Assembly: GCA_944392805.1 (NCBI GenBank)
Contig: CALXXZ010000006.1
Span: 21,587 to 85,586 of the forward strand
Direction: 5' to 3'
Origin: an uncultured Clostridia bacterium
Lineage (GTDB): Bacteria; Bacillota; Clostridia; TANB77; CAG-508
Length of the DNA stretch: 64,000 nt
The translations under genes were made by a program, and so were the position numbers. The notes below the pieces were generated by a model that saw only the letters and a program-made list of their open reading frames with translations, was not told the origin of the DNA and searched no databases. This document shows positions 29,641-38,753 of the stretch, piece by piece; within the stretch, counting starts at the first letter, position 1, and every line of letters starts with the position of its first letter.

Positions 29641-30270
29641 TTACATACCCTTCAAATCAAACTCTTCTTTTAGAATTGAACCTTCTCTTAGAATATGAGG
29701 TTTTCCATCAATTACTTGTACAATAGTTGAAGCAACACCTATTTTACTCTTTCCTCCATCTATAAAGTAATCAACATTTTCTTTAAAATCTTTCATTATT
29801 ATTTCTAAATCTGTCCCACTTGGTTTTCCAGAAATATTTGCACTTGGTGTTGCTATTGGAACTCCTGCATATTCTATTAATTTTAATGCTGTTTTATTCT
29901 CAGGCATACGAATTCCAACAGTATCTCCATTTGCTGTAAGTATATTAGGTATAATGTCTTTTTTCTTTAATATAATTGTAAATGGACCTGGCATAAATTT
30001 TTTTATTAATTTATATTCTAATTCTGAAATGTTTTGAGTAATCTGTTCTATCATTTCTATACTATTTACTAATAAACTAATTGGTTTATTTAATGGTCTT
30101 TGTTTTACTTCATACAATCTTTTTATTGAATTTTCATTTAATCCATTTGTTCCAATTCCATATACTGTTTCTGTTGGAAACACCACAATTCCACCATTTC
30201 TTATTATTTGAGCAGGCTCTTTTAATTTTGAATAATCTGTTTCATTTCTAAAATCTAAATATTTATTCAT
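29641..30270 (-). CDS. tsaC: L-threonylcarbamoyladenylate synthase (YrdC/Sua5 family)
   Basis: 209 aa. GGIVVFPTETVYGIGTNGLNE is the YrdC signature. It overlaps the upstream ABC-F gene by 8 nt. Confidence 0.8.
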   Translation of the reverse strand: MNKYLDFRNETDYSKLKEPAQIIRNGGIVVFPTETVYGIGTNGLNENSIKRLYEVKQRPLNKPISLLVNSIEMIEQITQNISELEYKLIKKFMPGPFTIILKKKDIIPNILTANGDTVGIRMPENKTALKLIEYAGVPIATPSANISGKPSGTDLEIIMKDFKENVDYFIDGGKSKIGVASTIVQVIDGKPHILREGSILKEEFDLKGM

Positions 30271-32173
30271 TGCTACTTTCCTCTATTTTTTTATTTAATT
30301 CGTCCCATTGGATCATCTGTGTTTCAATTTCTTTATTTAAATTTTGTATTTTATCTTGCAATTCTTTTAATTTTATATAATCTGTACTATTTTCTTCCTT
30401 TAACATTTCTTGCTCAAGCATTTTTATTTCATTTTCTTTTTGTTCAATTTCATTTTCAATTTTATTTACTTTATTTTTCATTTTATTAATTTCTTTATTA
30501 ATAAAATATGAATTATTAACTTTTTTATCTTTTACTTTATTTTCTGTGTTTATTTCTTCAAAAGTACTTTCTTCTCTTTTTTGAAGATATTCTTCATAAG
30601 TTCCATTAAAATATGTAACCTGATTAGGTTCAAATATTAATAATGAATCTGCTATTTTGTTTACAAAATATCTATCATGTGATACAAAAATTATTGTTCC
30701 TTCATATTCTTTAAGTATATTTTCTAAACTTTCTTTTCCTACAATATCCATATGATTTGTCGGTTCGTCTAATAAAAGTAAATTAGGTGTTTTTTTCAAT
30801 ATTTTGCATAATTGAAGTCTACCTTTTTCTCCTCCAGAAAGTACATTTATTTTTTTGAATACATCTTCTCCTGTAAAAAGAAATGTTCCTAAAATTGTTC
30901 TTACTTGTGTTGTTGTAAGCTCAGGAAATTCACTAGCAAATTCATCAAACACAGTATTCTCTGGGTTTGAAAATTCCATCTGTTGGTCAAAATATCCTCT
31001 TTTTACATGATATCCATATTCAAGCTCTCCTCCTAATTTTGGAATATCTCCATTCAATGTTTTTAATAATGTAGATTTTCCTATTCCATTTTCCCCAATT
31101 ATGCCTAATTTTTGACCTTTATATAATTCAAATGATATTTTTTGAATTGGTTGATTATAACCTATTTCTAAATTCTTTACTGATAATACAGTTTTTCCGC
31201 TTTCTGTTTCAATTTTAAAGTTTGCATGAAATGTTTTTAAATCATATTTATTTGGTTCTTCTATAATTGTCATCTGCTCTATTTTCTTTAATTTTGATAA
31301 TGCCATTTTAGCTTTTGTTGGCTTATATCTAAATCTATCTGCAATTGATTTTAATCTTTTTATTTCTGCTTGTTGATATTCATAATCTTTTAATTGTTTT
31401 TCATAGTTTGCCTTTTTTTGTTTTTCAAATTCTGCATAATTTCCTGAATATTCTGTTAATCTTGCATATTCGATTTCATATACTTTATTTACTATTCTGT
31501 CCAAAAACATTCTATCATGCGATACTATTACTACTGCTTTTGGATAATTTCTTAAATAAGTCTCTAACCATTCTATTGCTGAAATATCTAAATGGTTTGT
31601 TGGTTCATCTAATAAAAGAAGTTCCGGCTTACTTAAAAGTAGTTTTAAAAATGCTATTTTAGTTCTTTGGCCTCCAGAGAATTCATTTATTTTTTTATGC
31701 TTGTCTTTTTCAGAAAAACCGAATTTTTTGATGGCTATTTCATATTCTTTTTTATATGTATATCCATCAAGCATTTCAAATCTTTCCATAGAGTTGGTAT
31801 ATTCTTTTATAATTTCTTCACTTGAATCTGTTTGTAATTTTTCTGCTAATCTTGAAATTTTTTCTTCGAGTTTTATTATTGGTTCATATACTTTTAATAT
31901 TTCTTCTAACATTGTGTTGTCTGAATTTTCAAAGTTTATTTGTTTTAAAAATCCAATTTCAATGTTTCCTTGTTTGATTATATTGAATTTTTCTTCACCA
32001 ATTCCTTCTTCTAACATTGAATTGTCTACTAATGAATTTAATAATGTAGTTTTTCCGCTTCCATTTCTCCCTACAATTGCAATTTTATCTTTTTCTTTTA
32101 TTTCAAAATTTATTTCTTCTATTATTGTTTCTGCTCCAAATGTAATTGAGCCATTTGTTATTTTATAATTCAT
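30263..32173 (-). CDS. ABC-F family ATPase (tandem ABC domains, no transmembrane segment; ribosome-associated translation factor class)
   Basis: 636 aa. Two sets of Walker A (GRNGSGKTT / GENGIGKST), signature (FSGGQRTK / LSGGEKGR) and Walker B (LLLLDEPTNHLD x2) are present, with an inter-domain linker and a C-terminal coiled-coil. Confidence 0.8.
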   Translation of the reverse strand: MNYKITNGSITFGAETIIEEINFEIKEKDKIAIVGRNGSGKTTLLNSLVDNSMLEEGIGEEKFNIIKQGNIEIGFLKQINFENSDNTMLEEILKVYEPIIKLEEKISRLAEKLQTDSSEEIIKEYTNSMERFEMLDGYTYKKEYEIAIKKFGFSEKDKHKKINEFSGGQRTKIAFLKLLLSKPELLLLDEPTNHLDISAIEWLETYLRNYPKAVVIVSHDRMFLDRIVNKVYEIEYARLTEYSGNYAEFEKQKKANYEKQLKDYEYQQAEIKRLKSIADRFRYKPTKAKMALSKLKKIEQMTIIEEPNKYDLKTFHANFKIETESGKTVLSVKNLEIGYNQPIQKISFELYKGQKLGIIGENGIGKSTLLKTLNGDIPKLGGELEYGYHVKRGYFDQQMEFSNPENTVFDEFASEFPELTTTQVRTILGTFLFTGEDVFKKINVLSGGEKGRLQLCKILKKTPNLLLLDEPTNHMDIVGKESLENILKEYEGTIIFVSHDRYFVNKIADSLLIFEPNQVTYFNGTYEEYLQKREESTFEEINTENKVKDKKVNNSYFINKEINKMKNKVNKIENEIEQKENEIKMLEQEMLKEENSTDYIKLKELQDKIQNLNKEIETQMIQWDELNKKIEESSNE

Positions 32174-32237
32174 TAAAATCCCCTCATTTGCTATTAGATT
32201 TTAACACAAATAAAGGGATTTTTCAATATAAATGTAT

Positions 32238-32642
32238 TTATTGTTTTCTATCCATGTTCATACATGTTCCATCATTCATGTAGAATTTCTTTTCTGCTAA
32301 TTTGTCTTGTACTCCTCTTAATGCTTCTCCAAATCTTTGAAAATGTACTATTTCTCTTTCTCTTAAGAATCTTAATGGATCTATTACATCTGGGTTGTCT
32401 CTACACAAATCTATTAATTTTTCATAAGTTGCTCTTGCTTTTTGCTCTGCTGCTAAGTCTTCTTGTAAGTTTGCTATTGCATCACCTTTACATGCTATAT
32501 ATGCTGCTGTAAATGGCATTCCTGCTGCTGATTGTGGATATACATCAACACCATGGTCTGTATAATATGGTCCTAATCCTGCTGCTTCTATTTCTTCTAT
32601 TGATGCTCCTTTTGTCAATTGATGAACTATTGCCCCAATCAT
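32238..32642 (-). pseudogene. cotJC: Spore coat protein CotJC (Mn-catalase family), C-terminal fragment (attB-distal half of a split gene)
   Basis: 134 aa from an internal Met. The in-frame upstream codons GTKELAHLE continue the CotJC sequence. ...LAHLEMIGAIVHQLTKGAS...AAGLGPYYTDHG...AAEQKARATYEKLIDL...LRFLREREIVHFQRF matches the CotJC/Mn-catalase C-terminal half. A stop lies immediately upstream at the insertion junction. Confidence 0.8.
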
Positions 32643-32678
32643 TTCTAAGTGAGCTAATTCTTTAGTACCATGTTCTTA

Positions 32679-34577
32679 TCAATCAATTTCAATAGCACCA
32701 GTATATAATCCATAATAAGTACCTTTTTTAGCAATTAATTCATTATGATTTCCTCTTTCAATAATTCTACCGTGGTCTAAAACCATAATTAAATCTGAAT
32801 TTCTAATAGTAGACAATCTATGTGCTATAACAAAAACAGTTCTTCCTTTCATTAATTTATCCATTCCTTCTTGAACTATTTTTTCTGTTCTTGTATCAAT
32901 ACTTGATGTAGCCTCATCTAATATTAAAACTGGTGGATTATTTAGTGCTGCTCTTGCAATAGATAATAGCTGTCTTTGTCCTTGAGATAAGCCTTCCCCA
33001 TTTCCTGTAATCATAGTATCATAACCTTGTGGTAAGTTTTTAATGAATTTATCTGCATTAGAAAGTTTTGCTGCTTCATAAACTTCTTCATCTGTTGCAT
33101 CTAATTTTCCATATCTGATGTTATCTTTTATAGTTCCTGTAAATAAACTAGTATCTTGTAAAACCATTCCTAAAGATCTTCTTAAGTCATCTTTTTTGAT
33201 TTTTCTGATATTGATTCTATCATAACGTATTTTTCCTTCTTGAATATCATAGAAACGATTTATTAAATTTGTAATTGTAGTCTTACCTGCCCCTGTTGCT
33301 CCAACAAATGAAACCTTTTGCCCCTCTTTTGCTGATAAAGTGATATCATGTAATATTCTTTTATTTTCTTCATAGCCAAATTGAACATTTTCAAATTCAA
33401 CTTGACCACGCAATCTTGTATATGTAATTCTTCCATCTTGATGTGGATGTTTCCAAGCCCATATTCCTGTTCTTTCTTTTGACTCTACGATTTTTCCATT
33501 TTCCATTTTAGCATTTACTAATGTAACATATCCTTCATCAATTTCTACTTCTTCGTCTATTAAGTCAAATATTCTTTCTGCTCCCGCTAATGCCATAACT
33601 ATGAAATTCATTTGTTGTGACACTTGACCTAATGGGTTTGTAAATGCTTTTACAAATTGTAAAAATGCTGCTATACTTCCTATTGTTAATATTCCATTAA
33701 CTGATAGCATTCCTCCTATTACTGCTACTAATACATATCCTAAATTACCAATATTCATTATACATGGCATTAAGATATTAGCATACATATTTGCTTTTGC
33801 ATTACTATCACATAAGTTTTCATTTAATTCATCAAATTTATTTTTAGATTGTTCTTCATAATTAAATACTTTAACAACTTTTTGACCTTCCATCATTTCT
33901 TCTATATATCCATCCATTTTCCCCAGGTCTTCTTGTTGTTTTACGAAATATCTTGAACTGTTTCCACCTAAATATTTAGATACAAATATCATTATAATCA
34001 TCATTGCAACAACTACTAATGTTAAATATATATTTGTAGTAAACATAGATATTAAAATTGTTACCATAGATACAATTGCTGAAAATACTTGTGGTATACT
34101 TTGGCTAAGCATTTCTCTTAAGCTATCTACATCATTTGTATAAATACTCATTATTTCCCCATGTGGTCTACTATCAAAATATATAATAGGTAATTTTTGC
34201 ATATGATTGAATAATTGTTTACGTATTTTATTTAATATTCCTTGAGATATGTTTATCATTAATCTATTATAAATGTATGTAGCTATTACTCCAACTAAAT
34301 ATATTAATGCCATTGTCATTATAACATTAAATAATGCTGTATAATCAGGATTTTGACTTCCTAGAAGTGGAGTAATAAAATCATCTATTAAATATTTAAT
34401 AAATTCAATACCAGCTACTCCTACTAATGAACTTATAATAATACTTATTAAAACAATAGCTAATTGTAATTTATAAGTTGTAAATACATATCCCAAAAGT
34501 CTTTTTATTGTAGCCCATTTTGTTCTTTTCTTTTTATTCTCCATCTTCTTCGTCATCTCCTTTCTTTTGAGATTCAT
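32679..34577 (-). CDS. ABC exporter, fused permease/ATPase (type I exporter, heterodimer partner B)
   Basis: 632 aa. An N-terminal six-transmembrane domain and a C-terminal NBD carry GATGAGKTT, LSQGQRQLLSIARA and ILDEATSSID. Confidence 0.8.
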   Translation of the reverse strand: MNLKRKEMTKKMENKKKRTKWATIKRLLGYVFTTYKLQLAIVLISIIISSLVGVAGIEFIKYLIDDFITPLLGSQNPDYTALFNVIMTMALIYLVGVIATYIYNRLMINISQGILNKIRKQLFNHMQKLPIIYFDSRPHGEIMSIYTNDVDSLREMLSQSIPQVFSAIVSMVTILISMFTTNIYLTLVVVAMMIIMIFVSKYLGGNSSRYFVKQQEDLGKMDGYIEEMMEGQKVVKVFNYEEQSKNKFDELNENLCDSNAKANMYANILMPCIMNIGNLGYVLVAVIGGMLSVNGILTIGSIAAFLQFVKAFTNPLGQVSQQMNFIVMALAGAERIFDLIDEEVEIDEGYVTLVNAKMENGKIVESKERTGIWAWKHPHQDGRITYTRLRGQVEFENVQFGYEENKRILHDITLSAKEGQKVSFVGATGAGKTTITNLINRFYDIQEGKIRYDRINIRKIKKDDLRRSLGMVLQDTSLFTGTIKDNIRYGKLDATDEEVYEAAKLSNADKFIKNLPQGYDTMITGNGEGLSQGQRQLLSIARAALNNPPVLILDEATSSIDTRTEKIVQEGMDKLMKGRTVFVIAHRLSTIRNSDLIMVLDHGRIIERGNHNELIAKKGTYYGLYTGAIEID

Positions 34578-36315
34578 ATACTTCTTTATAAATTTCGTTT
34601 GTCTTTAATAATTCTTCTGATGTTCCTATTCCATCAATTTCTCCATCATTTAATACAATAATTCTATCTGCATCTTCTATTGATGTTACTCTTTGTGCAA
34701 TTATTATTTTTGTTGTGTTTGGTATTTCTTCTCTAAATGCTTTTCTAATTAAACTATCTGTTTTTGTGTCTACTGCACTTGTAGAGTCATCTAATATTAG
34801 GATTTTTGGTTTTTTTAGTATTGCTCTTGCAATACATATTCTTTGTTTTTGACCTCCTGATACATTTGTTCCACCTTGATCTAAAACTGTTTCATATTTT
34901 GAAGGAAATTCTTGTATAAATCCATCTGCTTGTGCTAATTTACATGCATTTTCTAGTTCTTCTAGGTCTGCATTTTTCTTTCCCCAACGTAGATTTTCTG
35001 CAATTGTTCCAGAAAATAATACATTTTTCTGTAATACCATTGCTACTGAATCTCTTAATGCATGTATATCATAATCTTTTACATTAACTCCTCCTACTTG
35101 AATTTCACCTTTTGTTGCATCATAAAGTCTTGGTATTAATTGTACTAATGTTGATTTTGAACTTCCTGTTCCTCCTATTATTCCTATTGTTTCTCCTTCT
35201 TTTATTTCTAAATCGATATTTTTTAATGCAAATTTATTTTTATCTTCTTCATCACTATAACAGAAACTAACATTTTTAAATGTTATTGAACCATTTTTTA
35301 CTTCTTTAACAGGGTTTTCTGGATTTTTCAAACTTGGTTCTTCTTCTATTACTTCCATTATTCTTTCTGCTGATGATTGTGAAATGATAATCATTACAAA
35401 TACCATTGAAAGCATCATTAAACTTGATAATATTTGCCATGCATATGTAATTATACTTGATAGTTGCCCTGTTTGCATGCTTCCTCCAACTATTAGTTTT
35501 GAACCGAACCATGATATTAATAAAATACATGTATAAATTGTTAATTGCATTACAGGACTATTAAATGCTACTATTTTTTGAGCTTTTATGAAGTTTTTAT
35601 ATACTTCATCATTTACTTCTTTGAATTTTGCTTCTTCTGTGTCTTCACGCACATATGCTTTTACAACTCTTATTGCGTTTAGATTTTCTTGTACTACTCT
35701 ATTTAATTTGTCATATTTTTTGAATACTTTTTCGAAAATAGGATGTGCTTTTGTTGCTATTAAAAATAAAATAACTCCTAAGAATGGAATTGCAACTAAA
35801 AAGATTAAAGATAATTTACCACTAATTGATAATACCATTAAAAGTGCAAATATCATCATTATAGGTCCTCTTACTAATATACGTATTATCATTTGAAATG
35901 CCATTTGTACATTTGTTACATCTGTTGTCATTCTTGTTACTAAACTTGATGTTGAGAATTTATCTATATTTTCAAATGCATAATCTTGTACTTTATGAAA
36001 CATTTCTTTTCTTAGATTTTTAGCATATCCTGCTGAAGCTATTGCTGCAAATCTTCCTGATAACATTCCAAAAATTAATGACATTATTGCTGATATTATT
36101 AATAATATTCCCATCTTCAAAATGTAGTCAATATCACTGTTTTGAATTCCGACATCTATTATTCTTGCCATAAGAAGTGGTATAATAACTTCCATTATAA
36201 CTTCTAATACAACAAATATAGGTGTAAGTATTGCTTGTTTTTTGTACTCTTTAACATAACTTGCTAGTTTTTTTATCATTTTTTCTCCTTCCTTTCTTTT
36301 TAACATTAGTCTCAA
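34534..36315 (-). CDS. ABC exporter, fused permease/ATPase (heterodimer partner A)
   Basis: 593 aa. NBD motifs GGTGSSKST, VSGGQKQRICIARA and ILDDSTSAVD are present. It overlaps its partner gene by 44 nt. Confidence 0.8.
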   Translation of the reverse strand: MRLMLKRKEGEKMIKKLASYVKEYKKQAILTPIFVVLEVIMEVIIPLLMARIIDVGIQNSDIDYILKMGILLIISAIMSLIFGMLSGRFAAIASAGYAKNLRKEMFHKVQDYAFENIDKFSTSSLVTRMTTDVTNVQMAFQMIIRILVRGPIMMIFALLMVLSISGKLSLIFLVAIPFLGVILFLIATKAHPIFEKVFKKYDKLNRVVQENLNAIRVVKAYVREDTEEAKFKEVNDEVYKNFIKAQKIVAFNSPVMQLTIYTCILLISWFGSKLIVGGSMQTGQLSSIITYAWQILSSLMMLSMVFVMIIISQSSAERIMEVIEEEPSLKNPENPVKEVKNGSITFKNVSFCYSDEEDKNKFALKNIDLEIKEGETIGIIGGTGSSKSTLVQLIPRLYDATKGEIQVGGVNVKDYDIHALRDSVAMVLQKNVLFSGTIAENLRWGKKNADLEELENACKLAQADGFIQEFPSKYETVLDQGGTNVSGGQKQRICIARAILKKPKILILDDSTSAVDTKTDSLIRKAFREEIPNTTKIIIAQRVTSIEDADRIIVLNDGEIDGIGTSEELLKTNEIYKEVYESQKKGDDEEDGE

Positions 36316-36357
36316 AGCATTATTTTAAGATAAATTTTTTTATTTGTCAAGAAAAAT

Positions 36358-36388
36358 AATTATCCCCCAGTATAACTGGGGGATAATT
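36358..36388. promoter_or_regulatory. Perfect 14-bp-arm palindrome in a divergent promoter region (candidate operator)
   Basis: aattatcccccagt-ata-actgggggataatt lies between the ABC exporter operon (minus) and the surface-protein/sortase operon (plus). Both genes point away from it, so it is not a terminator for either. Confidence 0.4.
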
Positions 36389-36498
36389 ATGCAAATTCAC
36401 CTTTTATCAAATAAAAATTTTTGGAAAAAATTTTTAATGATTTTTGTAAATATTTAAAATTAAAAAGGAGACAATAATTTTTGATGGAGGTGAAAAAA

Positions 36499-37623
36499 AT
36501 GAATAAAACAATAAAATTCATTTTATTTTTTATAATAACAGCTATTTTTGCAATTATACTACCTAATTATAGTAATGCTGCAACAACAGCTCATGATGAA
36601 GAATCTTTAAATAGTGTAATTTCAAGTGCGGATCCAGGAGCAACAATAACATTACAAAATGATATTACAGTAACAAAACCAATTGTAATTGCTAAAGAAT
36701 TAACAATTGATGGTAATGGTCATAATGTAGTTGGTTCTAATGATTGGACATCAACATCAGGAAATCAAACAATGTTTACAGCTCAATTTTCTGCAGCTAA
36801 ACTTACATTAAGAAATATTCAATTAAAAAATGGTCCAAAATATGGTGTACAATCTTATGATGGTGCAACTGTAATTTTAGATAATGTTTCAATTTCAGGA
36901 TTTAAATTCGGTGGTGTTCTTGCAAATGGTGGTAATGTTGAAGTTAAAAGATTACATTTAGGAAAAAATGGTACTAACGAAAATAATGGTATAGAAATTG
37001 ACAAAGGTTCTGCCGCTACTAATAACCCAAGCTTAGTCATGAATGGTGTTTTAACAACTGATTCAAATCAAAATGTAATTCGTCCAGCTGAAAATGGTCA
37101 TTTAACAGATTTTACTATTACAAATACACCTGCTACTACAAACAAAGTTGTTTTATCAGGAAATAAAGTTGTTTTAACTGACTCAAAAAATAATGTTATT
37201 TCAGAAACAACTATACCAAGTAATGCTAAACCAAATGTAGATGTAAAACAACTTATTGTTACTATTTTTGCTAAGGATGTGACTTATAAAATCACAGTAA
37301 ATTCAGGTGAAAAAATTACAGCTGATTTATTAAAATCTCATATTAAACTAGAAAATAATCAAGTTGTTGATGGATTCTATACAGATGCAAATTTTGCTAA
37401 TGCTTTTGATTTTAATACTTCTATAACTACTGATACTACTGTCTATGCAAAAATATCAAAAGTTGAACCAACTGTACCAGAAACTCCACCACAAGTAAAT
37501 AATGGAGTAAAAGATGAAACACCAAAAACTGGTGCTCAAAATTATTTAGGAATAGCTGTATTAACTATATTATTCTCAATAGTAGCAATTGTAACTATTA
37601 ACAAGAAAAATATAAAAGGATAG
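36499..37623 (+). CDS. Cell-wall-anchored surface protein (beta-helix-like repeats) with C-terminal sortase-B-type sorting signal TPKTG
   Basis: Signal peptide MNKTIKFILFFIITAIFAIILPNYSNA, and a C-terminal ...ETPKTGAQNYLGIAVLTILFSIVAIVTINKKNIKG (motif, hydrophobic helix, basic tail). The start was chosen at 36499 after GGAGGTG. Confidence 0.6.
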   Translation: MNKTIKFILFFIITAIFAIILPNYSNAATTAHDEESLNSVISSADPGATITLQNDITVTKPIVIAKELTIDGNGHNVVGSNDWTSTSGNQTMFTAQFSAAKLTLRNIQLKNGPKYGVQSYDGATVILDNVSISGFKFGGVLANGGNVEVKRLHLGKNGTNENNGIEIDKGSAATNNPSLVMNGVLTTDSNQNVIRPAENGHLTDFTITNTPATTNKVVLSGNKVVLTDSKNNVISETTIPSNAKPNVDVKQLIVTIFAKDVTYKITVNSGEKITADLLKSHIKLENNQVVDGFYTDANFANAFDFNTSITTDTTVYAKISKVEPTVPETPPQVNNGVKDETPKTGAQNYLGIAVLTILFSIVAIVTINKKNIKG

Positions 37624-37665
37624 TCTTTAAGGTCTATCCTTATATAATATATTTTTGGAGTTAAC

Positions 37666-38481
37666 ATGGAAAAAACTAAAAGATTTTATGTTTTTATATA
37701 TTTTGTTTTAGTTTTATTAATTTTTTTATCAGTTATATACATCACATATTCTATGTTATTAAAAAAAGAAGCTATTGAAGAAAGTAACTTATTGAATAAT
37801 ATTAGTGATGATAAAATTGTTAGTAATGTTATAAGAAAAAATACAATTTCAAATACTACAGAATCTCCAGTTGAAACAACACCTAAAGAAACAGACAGAA
37901 TGCTTAAGGTAAAAGAACTTAAAAATCAAAATTCTGATATTGTAGGTTGGTTAGAAATACCCAATACTAGTATTAATTATCCAGTTTTACAAGGTTCTGA
38001 TAATCAATATTATATGAATCACAATTATAAAAAACAAAAGTCTAAAAATGGTTCTATTTTTTTAACAAAGGATTATAATTGGGAAATTCCAAGTAGTAAT
38101 TTTTTAATATACGGTCATAATTTGAATAATGGCACAATGTTTCAAGAATTATTAAAATATTCTAGTAAATCTTTTTATGAACAACATCCTAAAATTCGTT
38201 TTACAACTGTGAAAGATGATTCAGAATATGAAATTATTGCTGTTTTTAAATCAAGAGTATATTATCAATCAGAAAAAAATGTTTTTAGATATTATTTTTT
38301 TGTGAATGCTGAAACAGAACAAGAATATAATGATTTTATACAAAATGCGAAAAATGCATCTTTATATAATATTGATGCTACGGCAAAATATGGAGATCAA
38401 TTAATTACCTTATCTACTTGTTCTTATCATGTCAAAGATGGAAGATTTGCTGTGGTTGGAAGAAAAATTGAAAAATTATAA
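37666..38481 (+). CDS. srtB: Class B sortase
   Basis: 271 aa. N-terminal membrane anchor, then catalytic His (LIYGHN) and the TLSTC active-site Cys motif with a downstream Arg (FAVVGRK). A strong hairpin terminator follows at 38484-38515. Confidence 0.8.
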   Translation: MEKTKRFYVFIYFVLVLLIFLSVIYITYSMLLKKEAIEESNLLNNISDDKIVSNVIRKNTISNTTESPVETTPKETDRMLKVKELKNQNSDIVGWLEIPNTSINYPVLQGSDNQYYMNHNYKKQKSKNGSIFLTKDYNWEIPSSNFLIYGHNLNNGTMFQELLKYSSKSFYEQHPKIRFTTVKDDSEYEIIAVFKSRVYYQSEKNVFRYYFFVNAETEQEYNDFIQNAKNASLYNIDATAKYGDQLITLSTCSYHVKDGRFAVVGRKIEKL

Positions 38482-38753
38482 CAGTCATACAATTACAAAA
38501 TAATTGTATGACTGCCCTATTCTTTCATATCTATTTTATCAATTTTCGGATATCAATATTAGGTATTTTTTTATTCCGTGCTCATAAATTTTATAGAGGC
38601 GATTTTTATGATATTAGAAGAATATACCCTAGAAAATACAAAAATAAAATTTTACGATGATTATATAGTTAAGAATATTGATACTCAAAAAGAATATATA
38701 AATAATGTTATTATAAATTTGATAAGAAAATCCTTTTCATGAAAGGAGAAATT

